A DNA stretch of 63,552 nt, counting the filler, from Dirinaria sp. TL-2023a (Eukaryota), in NCBI GenBank assembly GCA_051941275.1. It is 2 parts of 2 records of this genome, joined end to end, with 100 filler letters (N's around TTAATTAATTAA, not from the genome) between each part and the next. Parts side by side here need not be neighbours in the genome. Positions count along the whole stretch, not along the records: positions 31,863 to 63,552 come from JAVEBF010000090.1; 1 more part is not named here. One strand, given 5' to 3'. Positions 39,301-51,798 of this stretch are shown here, piece by piece. The notes below the pieces were generated by a model. That model searched no databases and was not told the DNA's origin. It was given only the letters and a program-made list of their open reading frames with translations. Within the stretch, counting starts at the first letter, position 1, and each line of letters begins with the position of its first letter. The translations under genes and the position numbers were made by a program.

Positions 39301-42300
39301 GTGACGTTGATGTGCTACTGCACTACTGAAGTTGCGATGTTGTATCATACAACCTTTTGGGTTTCCCGTGCTTCCAGAGGTGAAGATGACATACAGAAGG
39401 TCCGTTGATGCAACTGTCGGCAGCCTTTGATGATATGGGAAGCCTGTCCCACTCTTCCAATCACGTACAGCATCCATGCCCGACCCTATGATCAAGGTCT
39501 GAATGAGAAATTCAGCTGCAAATTGAGCGTTCGCGACAGAGGTCAAAATCAACTGAGGATGAACTTGTGCCAGCATCGCTTTGAGACGGATAAGTGGTAG
39601 CGTGACGTCAACGAGCCATACAGCAGCGCCAGCTTTCACCACTGCTAGGAACGTGATCGGCATCCACTTTGACTTCTCGAAAAACAAGGGGACAATTGTG
39701 CCCCGCTCGACCCCAAGGTCAACTAAATAGCATGCAACATGAGAGGAAAGCCCATCCAAACGATCATATGTCAGATCGCCATCCCACGCTGAGACCGCAA
39801 TTGCATCAGGCTGCTCCCGTGCTACCTCAGCAATGATCTCATGCATGCAGCGTTCGTAAGTCGCATGGACTTTGGAATTCCACTTCCAACATTGATTGAG
39901 ATCGAAATATGTCGTAGCGCTGATCTCAGACACGCTTATTTTATCGACAATTTGCTCAGAACAAAGCCGTCGGAAGATTCGCTCAAACTGACGTGCCATG
40001 TAATGCAATGTCGCATGGTCTAAAATCCGAGAGTCGAAGCTGAATTGCAGGTCTAGATTGTCCTCTCCCATGGTGCACACCAACATGAGCGCATACACAT
40101 TGAAATTGTTATATCGGTCGCTTTGACCTGTAGTTAACCGTGAAGAAGCATACAGGAAACTGTCGCCCATACCCACCTCTGGTGGCTGCACAACTAAGAC
40201 GCTCTGAAATTGGCACGCCTGTGAAGCTTCCTCGCTCATTCTTGCAATTCTTGACAATCCGGTCTGCTCGTACGGGATCATCTCCGTCGCCTGATCCTGC
40301 AGGCCCCGCAATAGAGAGTAACAGTCTTCCTGGGCGTCAATCTTCACTCGGATTGGCACAGCACAGATAATAGGGCCCGCTATTCGTTCTATGCCAGTTA
40401 CGGGTGCTTTGCGACCAATGTTGATAGTGCCGAACACCACATCTCGAATGCTCGTATACTCCGAACACAAGATTGCCCATGCCGCGCGCATCACTGTTGA
40501 TGGGGTAAAATCATCCACTCGCCAGGCTACATTCAATATCTTGTGCGTTGCAGAAGAGTCGGGCTTTGGTTGAAACGTCGTAGAAGGAATTGAGGGGAAC
40601 TGAGGTGCCTCCAAGGATTCGAACTGTCGTGTCCAAAAAACTGTCTCCGCATCCTGGTCCTGGTTTGATATGTATTTGACAAAGCTTTGGAATAGCCAAA
40701 GGGGAAGAGACGGTCGATCATTATACAAGCTTTCCAGAGTCTCGAGAATGAGAGCGTTAGTGACACCATCGTATATGGAATGGTGCATCGTCAAGGCAAA
40801 TATAAATCTCCGATCTTGATTATTCGAGAAACTGAAGTCCGGAAACAATCCGCACCGCATGAGTGGCGAGCCTAATGCTATAGGCAACTTTTGGTCTTTC
40901 TCTACATAGTCCTCTAGGTCTTTTGCTGCTAGCCATGATGTCTTGTGCTTGACGACTGCTTGAACGAGTCCTTGATTCGGTAGATCAACGATCCTTGTCC
41001 GTAAGATAGGCGTTCGAGCAACTACCCTTTCCCAAGTACGCCTGAAATGATCGACGTTGACCGAGGGGGACAATTCCAGAACTTGACGATTGATGTATGC
41101 GGCCTGGTGTCTCTCACTCAATGCTAAAAGACCCTCTTGTAGCGGCGTGCAGGGAAATAAGTCTTGGACGTCAAGGGGACTAATACTGCATGATGAGGCT
41201 ACAAGCTGGCACTGATACTTGAAATTCGCACTGTCGTCCAATAGCTCAAAGGGATGAAAGTCTTCCCGACTAGGTTTATCTTGAACCTTCAATTTCTTAG
41301 CCATCTGAGAGAATCTCGGATTTTGAAACACATCAGACGCGGTAATTTCGAGGCCCTGCTGCCTGGCTAGTCCCACTAAGCGCATCGCTGTGATGGAGTC
41401 ACCTCTCTGGAGAAAGCTATCATTTGCAGAGATACAGTCGGCGTCTATCTGAAGTACTGCAGACCAGATCTCACGGAGTGTTCTCTCTGCAATGCCCTCT
41501 GGCTCTTGTCGCGACCCGTAGCTCCGTTTTGAAGCCTTGAATGCGGCCCCAACTTCTTGAAGTCGAGCTCTATTCCGCTTGCCTGAGGGAGTGAGCGGTA
41601 AAGAGTCAATCGGGATGTAAAGCCTAGGGACTGAGTGCCAGGGTAGCAGAAGGCTTAATTTCTCACCGAGATTGATCGTCAGCTTCTCGAAATCAAGAGG
41701 GGACATAGGGTGTTCTTGAGAAAAGCAAAGGAAGGCAGCGAGAGTCTGGTCTTTACTGCTTTCGGGTATTACTATATCCACCATCACCTTGATGTCTCTC
41801 TCATGTGACAAGCACTGGTGTATGTGGTGCTCGATCGTTTCTGGAGAGATTAAATTGCCACGTATCTTAAACAAGTCGTCCTTCCTCTGTAGAATCTGCA
41901 TGTCGCCATTGGCCTTATATCTAGCCAGATCTCCGGTAAGATATATTACACTGCTTTCATGAGAGGCAGGTGAGGTTAGTGCTTGACAGAGAAAGGCAGG
42001 GTTCTTGAGGAAGGACTTCGCGGTCCTGTCGAGATCTCCAAGGTAACACTCAGCACATGCGGGTCCTTGGACCGCGATTTCACCAATGCCGCCCAAAGCA
42101 ACGAGGTTGTCGGGATTCCTGGGGTGGACAAGCCAGCAACGAGACGATGCACTCGAATTGGACCGGCCAATCACACCGTCAGACCATGTTTCATCTACAT
42201 CAGTGAAGCATGCAGTGGCTGCTTCACATGGACCATACCAATTGAAAACTCGACATCTGTCCCTCCATCGAGAGACGTTATCCTCGGTAAGCTTTTCACC

Positions 42301-45300
42301 ACATAGTCCGAGTGTTTTAACGCAGGATACGTCGGCTGGTTGTAACAGTTTTGCGGTCGATACAGTCACGATAAGGAAATTGCAGTGGAAGCGTCGAATG
42401 GTCTGCGCGAATGCAGTGAGTCTTTCTGACTCGGAAGGAATGCACAGACATCCGCCGTAAGCTAAAGTGGCCATGCTCTCGATCGTACAGGCATCAAAAT
42501 TGTACGCCATGAATTGAAAGACGCGACTGCGTTCTTTGAGCAGCGCAGATCTTCCAAGTGCCATCACAGCCGCTGCCAAGGTCTTATGGCTCCACAATAT
42601 TCTCTTAGGCTTGCCCGTGGTCCCAGATGAGAGTAGTAGCACTGCTCTATCGGTCAAACGTAAGATAGGCAATTGTCGCCATGCCATCCCTGAAACCTTT
42701 TCGCTGGATAGGAGATCCTGGATCGTCAAAGATCGAATTCCACAGTGCGCGATTAGATTCGCATGAAACTTATCCAGACTGAGCGCGATAGGAATATCAA
42801 GAGAATTGAGAACGGAACCAGCATGTTGTTCGATAATCTGTGCTGCTTGTAAGAAGCATATGCCTCCAGCCTTTAGAATCGCAAGCTGCACGATCGGCGT
42901 CCAGCATGACTTGTCCAGGCAGAGCAAAACGATTGCACCTTGTCCACAGCCTAATTCGATCAGGCTACGACCAAGGAGGGTTGATAGATCTTCCACTTGC
43001 TGGAACGTAAATTCACCATCGTGAGCATCAACGGCTGAAGCACTAGGTCGCTCATTTGCCATGTCAGCAATCAAACTTGGCAGACATGTAGTAGGTTCCT
43101 CGGGGTAGACCACATTCTGGCTCCGAAGAAAGCCAATGTCCGCACTGCTTGCCGTCTGGACGGCGTTGACCTTGATTTTTGCAACATTTTCCATGCACAT
43201 CTGTCGTAAAATCTCCCCAAACTGATTTGCAATTCGCTTGGCCACAATGCGTTCGGTGACACGATCGTCAAAACTCAGCGTTAAAGATACACCGGAGTTG
43301 GAAAGTTCGCAGATGAGCATCATGGCGTAAGTGTTGAAAGGATCGGTGCCTCTTGTCCCGATGTTGCTTGCGAATCTTTGCGACCGGGCTTTAAAGAGAA
43401 AGCTATCTTTATTGAGACTTTTCCCCTCCGCAGTGGGCTGGACCACCAAGAGTATCTGAAACAATGACTTTGTGATGCTTCCTATGGCGCTTTGGATCGC
43501 CCGCAACCCAACTTGCTCGAATGGTGTCATAGCCAGGGCTTGACGCTGCACTCGGGCTTGTAACTCACCTACACTTTCGTCGTCATCCTCATCCAGCGCA
43601 ATTGCAATTGGAACGGTTGAGATTGTAGGACCGCCACAATACATTATGCCTTTCATATCCGCCTGTCGACCACTTACGGTCGCGCCAAATATGATATGAT
43701 CAGAGGAGGTATGAGCAGCTGTCAATATGACCCAAGCGCACCGTATCAGAGTCGAAGGCGTCATATCATTACGCGGCCAATCTAACGAGATGAAGTGCCG
43801 CAACTCTGCATTCGCCGCCGGCTCATATCGTGGAGACGGTATCGTGGGAAACTGAACAGGCTCGATTTTGGACAATTCTCGATGCCAAAAAGCGGCTGTT
43901 TTCTCTTGGTCGAAATTTGTGGTATGCTTTATGAAGTTCTGGAAAGGTGTTATGCGCGTAGCCGTTCTGCCCACATATTGTGCCTCAATATCATCCAAAA
44001 TCATCTGGAGGATTTTGCCGTCATAGAGACAATGATGAATGGTAAGAATGAAATGTTGAGAGATGACAGCAGCACGGCAGAGTGGTGTTGCTAGGCCCAT
44101 ACAAAAAGACTCATCTTCGCGTATATAATCGTCAATGTCGGTGCCAGACTGCCAGTGCAAATGGGTTAGCACGGCTTGCACCAATCCTTGCCCTGGAATA
44201 TCCACTATCCGCGTTCTCAAGATCGCGAATTTGTCAACAGTCCTTTGCCATGCTTACTTCAAAAGTTTATGATCGATGTATGATTGAAGCTGCAAGACAC
44301 TACGAGATACATATTGCCCCGAACGCCTTTCTGTCAATGCAAGCAGTCCTTCTTGAAGCGCTGTACACGGATAAATGTCAACAACTTGACAAGGTGGGAG
44401 TTGACAGAGTCGAGCCGCATGCCGCTGTGCTTCGCTTTGCTTAATGCCAGGCCGAAGAAGTGAAAAAGGGGCAGGTGCTGTCTCAGATGTTGAATGCATG
44501 TCTTGTTTGATCACCTTTGCCATCAGACTAAGTTGGGGAAATGCAAAGATGTCTGCAACGGTCAAAGAAAAGCCCTGATCATGGGCAAGCGCAACGAGCT
44601 GCATTGCACCTATCGAGTCTGCCCCAAGCTGGAGGAAGCTATCCCCGGAGAAGATCGCGTCAGAGTCAATGCCAATAACCTCTGCCCAGAGGCACTGCAG
44701 TAACCTTTCCATCTGAGTGGAAGGGGGTCTCGACTTATGACGAGAGGGCTGCATCGCTGCCAATTGTGCGTGTGTGAAAGAGCCTCCAATTCGGCGAAGA
44801 CGTCGTCTGTCAGTCTTGCCGGTGTGGGTCAAGGGAATACTTGCGACAGGGACATACAATTTTGGGATCAGATATGGGGGAAGGCTTTTGGATAGGGTTT
44901 GCTCAAGATCATTGACGGGCAAATTCTGCTTGACAGTCTCGTAGACTTCTTCCACAAGTTTTCCAGTCACACTCGCTGGCTTCACAAAAAGAGCCAATAT
45001 TTCGGACGCGCTCTCTGCTAGAGAAAAGATCTCTGCAATTACGGTGGCTTCGAATTTCCCAGACATAGCCAGCTGCACGCTGGATTCTATATCCCCCAGA
45101 TCTACTCTGCGTCCGTGGAGTTTTCTTTCGGAGTCCTTACTACGACCAAGTATGATCAGCTGGCCGTTTTCACCGTATTTCGCAAGATCCCCGGTCTTAT
45201 AAAGCCGCGTATTCCGCCCTTGGATGTTGTCATAGCCTCGCTGAAGCCATGATGGAGATGAAAATGCTTGTTCGTTAACATTTCGAGCGTTTCTGCCCAC

Positions 45301-48300
45301 GTAGCCAGCGGCAAGAATCGGTCCTTCTATATAGAGCTCAGCAACAGCGCCGACCGGAGCGAGTTTGTTAGCATGAATGGAGTCAACGAGCCAACACAGA
45401 GCATGCGATCCGTGACCAATGAGACCTGCTTTCCAGGTATCTTCCCGGACGAGGTAAGAAGTCGCCACTGGAGCTTCTGCGGGCCCGTACCAGTTGTGGA
45501 AGAACTTGACCTTGTTCAACCATTTCCTCGCAGTACTCTCCCGCAACATTTCACCTGCGCAGACCAGTGTTTCTAACGATGGCGTGTCAAATGGCGCAAG
45601 AGCTTCGGCCACCGACGGTGTAAGGCACATCCAGTTGGCGCGCGTACCGTTGATGGCTGTCGCGAGACGATTCAAACGGTCTGACTCGGTCGAAATGCAT
45701 AGGTAGCCTCCAATCGATAGCGTCGCACATGTCTCCAAATTACTCACGTCGTACTCATAATCGGAAAACTGGAAAATTCGACTCTCGCAAGTGAGATTGA
45801 AGTTGGTGACCATGGCTTGGGTGTTGGTAGATATGGTACCATGACTCCACAATATAGCCTTCGGAGTGCCTGTCGACCCCGACATAAAGAGTATGATAGC
45901 ACCATCGGAGGGATCATTCATGCCAGAGAAAGTAGGGTACGGAAATTCAACCTGATCTAGTGATGAGACCAGCTCATTTATGTGAATAACGGCTACCAGG
46001 CCGTAGAATGCAGATGCTTCCGGTTCCAAAGACGTAATTGCCAGTTTTGGCTGCAAGATTGCATTAATTTCTTGAGCGTTTTGAGCGGACGACACAGCAG
46101 ACAATGGTAGCACAGTTGCCCCTGTTCTCATGGTCGCGATCATTGAGATCGCCATCCACGCAGACCTCTCGAAAGACAACACAACCACGGTCCCCATGCC
46201 AACACCTTTCTGCCGAAGTAGATGAGCGAGGCCGCATGAGAGCGCCTTCAATTGTCCATAGGACGCATTCTTGTCCCAAGCGCTGATGGCCGGACTATCT
46301 GGTCTTCTTATCGCATGTTCATCTAGTGAATCAACGATAGGCTTTACAAACATCTCGGGCACGCATTTGTTCCATTGCCACATGCTGCTAAGATCATTTT
46401 GACTGGCTAATGATAATTCATGTAGGTACAACGTTCCGCAATCTTTGTGGCAGATCTGCTGCAAGATATGCTCGAGCTGCCAGGCAAATCGACGTATATG
46501 TTGCTCACTGATAGCCGCAGGATCGTAGTTGATGTCGAGAGAAAGCCCTTCGCCCTCCACTTGGCATATCACCGACATGGCGTAAGGGTTGAAGACTCCA
46601 ACGTCTTCAACGCCCACTTCTAGTTCCCCTCCACCAGAGATCGAGACAGGTCGTGCAAAAAGGTCAGATCTCGAGCTGTGGGAGGGATCATACTTCGGCT
46701 GGACTGTGAGTAGGAGTTGAAATTCACTGGCATCACGGAGAAATGTACTGATACGGCGAATGTTTTGCAGGCCAAATTGTTCATGTTCTGCAATATTCAC
46801 GGCCTGGTTCTGTATTTGTTCTCTGAATTGATCAACGTGATTATTCCAGTCTAATTCAATCCGCACAGGGGTTGTTGCGATGGTAGGCCCTACCATAAGG
46901 TCAATATCGTGAAGAGATGCTTGTCTGCCACTCGTTACCGCGCCAAAAATAACATTCGTCGAATTTGTGTATGAAGCCAGCAGAATTGCGATTGCGGTAC
47001 GTATCAGGTTCGAGGCGGTGAATCGCGTGCGTGACCATTGCAAATCTGGCATTTGACATGAAAAATTCTTCTTCGATTCTCTAACTCCACGGTTGGGAAG
47101 GGGAAATATCGATGCTGCTGGACCAGCCAACTGATTTTGCCAAAAGTCCACAGCATCGGCATTCTCTCGGGTTAGGATATGCTTGACAAATGGTGTGAAT
47201 GGGGCCAAGTGAAGATCTGCAGGCCGGCATTCATGATATACTTGCTCCATCGCATCTAAAATTAATTTTATGGACCAGCCGTCGAAAATAGCATGATGTA
47301 TGTCGAGAAAGAAAAGCCAGTGCCTATGCTTGATGAGACCTGCTCGACACAAGGGCGTTCCCATGGTGATCGGGTCATCGTCTTCAAGGTAGGACTTGAC
47401 ATCTAAATAAACCCTCCAAGGAACTAGGCGCTTCAAGACCACTTGGACAAATCCGACTCTAGATAATGTTGTCGGGATCGAAGGATGGGTGTTTGATGAA
47501 CGACCTTATTCCAGGCGTCCTGAAATTTAATTTGGTCTACATGTTGAGGAAGTTGAAAGACCTTTCTGGCCACATAATCGCCGGCCGTCTTGGCCGTGAT
47601 CGCGAGCATTCCTTCCTGAAGTGGCGTACAGGGATACATATCTTCTATATCAGAGACATCAACTTCGCAGAGATCGGCCGCTGCTCGACACAGACGCCCA
47701 TCATTGCGTTCACTTGCTAATAAGCTGAACGGCGCGATGATGGTGTCATGGGTCGGGGTCTCGGACATTCTTGCCACCGTAGCCAGATCGATGAGCCTGG
47801 GATTTCTGAAGATGTCGGCGACAGTGATTAAAATGTTCTCTTTGCGCGCCGAAGCCACCATCTGAATGGCTGTCACGGAATCGCCACCTGTTTGAAACAG
47901 ATTGTCTGCGACGCTTATCAATGTAGGTTCTAGATTCAAAACACGAGCCCAGATCTCGCGCAAATGGCGTTCCAATTCGTTAGTAGGCTCCAAGTAGACC
48001 TGCAAAGGGACCAGGATCGACTGTAGCTTGATTGCTTCTGCCCAAGATAATCCGCTGCCCCAGTCCCTAAGTTGCCTACGGTCAGCCTTGCCTGTGGATC
48101 CGATAGGTATCCTCTCAATCGGAACGACCAGCCCTGGGATCATAAACTGCGGTAGTATCTGTGACAACTTCTCGGTGAGACCCTTTACATGTCCTTGAAT
48201 GGCTTCTAAATCCTGGCCACAGGTTTGGACAAACAGTGTTAAACAAGGTTCTTTACTGCCCATCGGTCGTATTACATCCACTATGATCGGCAAGTCCTGC

Positions 48301-49685
48301 ACTATGCAAGTACGGACATGATGTTCAATGTCACCCAATTCAATCCTTTGGCCTCTTATCTTCAACTGTGTCTCGTCATTTCGCCCGACAAACACCAGTC
48401 TCCCTCCCTTGACATATCTCGCCAAGTCGCCGGTCTTGTATAGCCGGCCCGATCTATCCGTCAGTGTACTTTCACCAGACCTTAGCCAAGGGGGGTCTTT
48501 TACGAAAGTTGACGCTGTCATAATCGGATCTTTGAAATAGCCTTGTCCAACCAGGGGGCCTTCAAGGTACAATTCCCCTACGGCACCCAAGTCGGCGAGC
48601 TTGGTACTGTCATGAGGATCGACTAGCCAGGTGCAGCAGCCAATTCCCACGCCGATGTTGGGCCGATCGTTTTCATTCCCAGGCTTGAGGACCGAGAAGG
48701 CAGATTTGAAGGTGCATTCCGTTGGGCCATAGGTGTTAAGAAGTCTGACATGTCCAGCCCATCGGACTATATTCTCTCTGAACGGCATTTCACCACTCAA
48801 GAGTACGGTTTCCAGGCTCTCAGGGATCGGCTCTATCGTGCGCAGAATCGTGGGCGTGACATTGACCAGCGTAGCTTTGAAACTCAAGATAGCTGCGGAC
48901 ACATCATCCAGCATTTGCCCTTGCTCAGCGATGCAGAGACACCCTCCGGCGCCTGCGGTATGCAGAAAGTTGCTCCAAGCAACATCGAAGGAGTACGGTG
49001 CAAAATCGAACACGCGCGATTGGCTACTAAACCCAAGGCTTTGGCCTTGATGATGAATAGCGCTTCTGACATTGGCATGGCTCATACAGGCACCTTTCGG
49101 TGTACCTGTCGTGCCGGATGTGAAAGATATATAGGCGATGTCTGCCGGCGATATGATGGGAAGCTGATGGTCAAGATATTGATGCATATCATCGTTAGTA
49201 GCAACGAGCACACTGTCATCCACTAGCATGATGGGAATCCTAGCCAGCATTGATGCCCTGGCATGGCTGGTGCGGGACGAGAGCATGATTTTGGGCTCAA
49301 TCTGTCGTATGATCGATTGTAATCTGGCATCTGGGTGTGTGGTGTCGAGCGCAACACAGGCGTTCCTTGACATGATTACGCCCAGCATAGCGATTGGCGT
49401 TCATTTTGTCTTTTCGAAAAGTATAGGAATAACCCGCCCAGGATGAGGTCCTTTCAAGGAGACTCGTCTGGCCAGATTGCTGGCTAATGAGTAGAATTGG
49501 GAATACGTGAAGGAGCCATCCCAGGCATCTACGGCGAGGGCAGCTGCCTGCTTTAGCGCGTGTAAAGAGATCAGATCGTGGACGCAGCCGTAGATGGACT
49601 CTGGAACACGGGATCTCTGTCTCCATATCTCCGCATCATCTTGTTCGCTTGGTGGGAGATGGTTTCCTGTCTGTTGGACGTCCAT
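33296..49685 (-). pseudogene. five-module nonribosomal peptide synthetase (A-T-C)x4-A-T-CT, disrupted
   Basis: Five A domains (FTSGTTGTPKG, YGPTEC, GELYLEGP, YKTGDL variants), five carrier domains (GGDS, GADS, RGDS, GGDS, GGES), four C domains (HHAIFDG, HHCLYDG, HHSIYDG, HHALYDG), terminal CT (SHALFDG). In-frame stops at 49401-49403, 44254-44256, 35572-35574, 33584-33586; frameshifts near 47467-47471 and 34241-34246. None is explained by an intron. Confidence 0.9.
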
Positions 49686-50688
49686 TCTTGGGCAAGGGGC
49701 ACGTAGCACTTCCAAGTGATGGCCCCAATGGTCATGAAAGGATGCAACTGGAATTTCCCTGACGATTGCACGATTGATGACCGCAGTCTCCGGTGAAGAC
49801 TAAGGTAAGGTATTCGCACGATTCATTATGCATGTGCATGTGAAGTGAGGGGATACCTTCTACGCCCAGAGCGGTGAAAAGGCTGCATAGAATTCCGTAC
49901 CAGCCTCAAACAGAGATGTCTTAAGGTAAGTAAAGTCAGGTACCTACTCCGTACCTAAGGTACCTAGTGTGGAAATGCCGTGTCTGCCGTGCCTGCCGTG
50001 CCTACCGCGCCGATTACTCTACCCAGCAAATGCGCGCCAAAGGCCATCCTTACGACATCAATCTAGCTAAGGTATGTGCGACAATCCAGAAGGCCAGACC
50101 TACCTTACTACCCTTAGCATGACGTCTCTCGCTCCTCTACGACTGTTCTTGTCCAGGGCTGCCGCTCTCTGGCCGACTTTGTTGGTGTATTGGTTCTCGT
50201 CGACGCCATAGGTATATTCTCATCACCGTGACTAGTGCGGTATTTGTCGGTGAATTTTCCCTGATGGTCACCCTTGGAGAAGCGGCCAAAGCAGCATGGT
50301 CTTAGAGGGAGCCTCGCAGAAGGAGAGCTATGGACGGTCTCTAAAGCACAAGCACTGTCCGGATACTTTGTCTGCGATGTTCATCGTGACCATACTGCCC
50401 TACATATTCGAGGGTCGCGTCCAAGCGTCCAAGTTGGCGCCACTCTGCGTCACTGCGGAGAGACCACACAGTACAGTGATCTAATGCAGGTTCTAAATTC
50501 AGCACATGACTAGCCAAAATGGAAATGAAGGGTCGTCAAAAGATTCACGCAACGGTGCCTGTGATGTCCCTCCAATAGCCAAGGAGTAAACCATTCATGG
50601 AAATCCCTCTCCAAGCGATTGCGATCGGGCCCCACTTCATATTTTCTGCATGAATTTCATCAATTGAAATTCAAGCAAGATCCAAAAG
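49686..50688. promoter_or_regulatory. divergent promoter region shared by NRPS and dioxygenase
   Basis: 1 kb between head-to-head starts; tandem TGCCGTG(T/C)C repeats at ~49976-50010 and dense TAAGGTA/TACCT motifs. Confidence 0.55.
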
Positions 50689-51798
50689 ATGACCGCTAAC
50701 GCTGTAAAGCAGGCCATCCATAAAATAGACGATATAGATGTTCGTGGGCGAGCAGTTCAAGACGTCTTTCCAAGGTTGATCGACATTTTAAAGATCTCTG
50801 GAGGGTGCACTGTTCGCAATTTCATCCCTCAGGAGACCGTCAACCAATTGAATGAGGACTTTGCTCCTTACTTCGATCAAGCTCAACAATTGAAAAGTGA
50901 GTAAAAGCGTTGGTGACTAAAAAGCTAGCCGTGTCGTGCAGGCTGATGCTATCGTCTTGCTGCGACTCAACAGGCAACTTCTGGGCGAAAGAAACCAGAC
51001 GCATCACTGGCTGCATGGGGAAATCAGAACCCTACGCCCTCGAGATCGTGGGGAACGAGTTGTGGCAGAAAGTCGGCCGCCATTTCCTCACGAGTACTCT
51101 GCAGTGGTGGGTAAGTCGATCGAGTGCCAATTTATTTTCCCTTTCTATTGCCCTGCCATGATGCCATCCCTCCTTTACAATGCTGACTTTCACTCTCTCG
51201 AATGAACCAGATTGGGGATAGGCAAGAACACAGCACCAGTGACCCCCAACTCAACAACACCTCTGTTTTCAGGATCCGGCCTGGAGCCACCGCGCAAGCC
51301 CTTCATCGGGACGACTGTATCTGCCATGTCCACCACTCTGCCGCGACAACGCATTACCTCGGCCGGGACTATGGCATTGGACTTTTTGTGGCCGGCACCC
51401 CATCTACCTCCCATAATGGCGCCACGCGCTTCATCCCTGGATCCCACCTCTGGGACTATGCCGTTCCACCTCGCGAAGAAGATGCTGTATATGCTGAGCT
51501 CAGGCCTGGAGATGCATTCATGATGCTCGCAGGCTGCTACCACGCAGGCTCAGCGAACTTGACCTCCGACCAGGATCGCCAGCTCTACACGACCTTCACG
51601 GGCAGAGGCTGGTGCCGCCAGGAAGAAAACCAGTACTTGGCACATAGTGATCTTGAGTGCGTAAGACGATTACCTGAGAAACTGCAGAGCTTTATGGGGT
51701 GGAACTTGAGTCTACCTTTCATGGGGTGGGTGGGGCTCGAGAATCCGATTCGGGCGTTGAAGGATGAGTCCAAGGGGCCAAGCGTGCAATATTTTTAG
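50689..51798 (+). CDS. Fe(II)/2-oxoglutarate dioxygenase, phytanoyl-CoA hydroxylase (PhyH) family
   Basis: AQALHRDD (HxD), NGATRFIPGSHLW, AELRPGDAFMMLAGCYHAGSAN (distal His), RQEENQYL. Introns 50897-50973 and 51111-51210 give an intact frame. Confidence 0.9.

Noticed and set aside
44220..44257. GTAAGC donor-like site overlapping the NRPS TAA stop
   Set aside because: The following codons (AWQRTVDKFAILRTRI) are conserved C-domain sequence in frame, and I see no nearby branch/acceptor; read as a nonsense mutation.
33296..49685. Several separate NRPS genes (split assembly line)
   Set aside because: Breaks fall inside A and C domains with no intergenic spacers.
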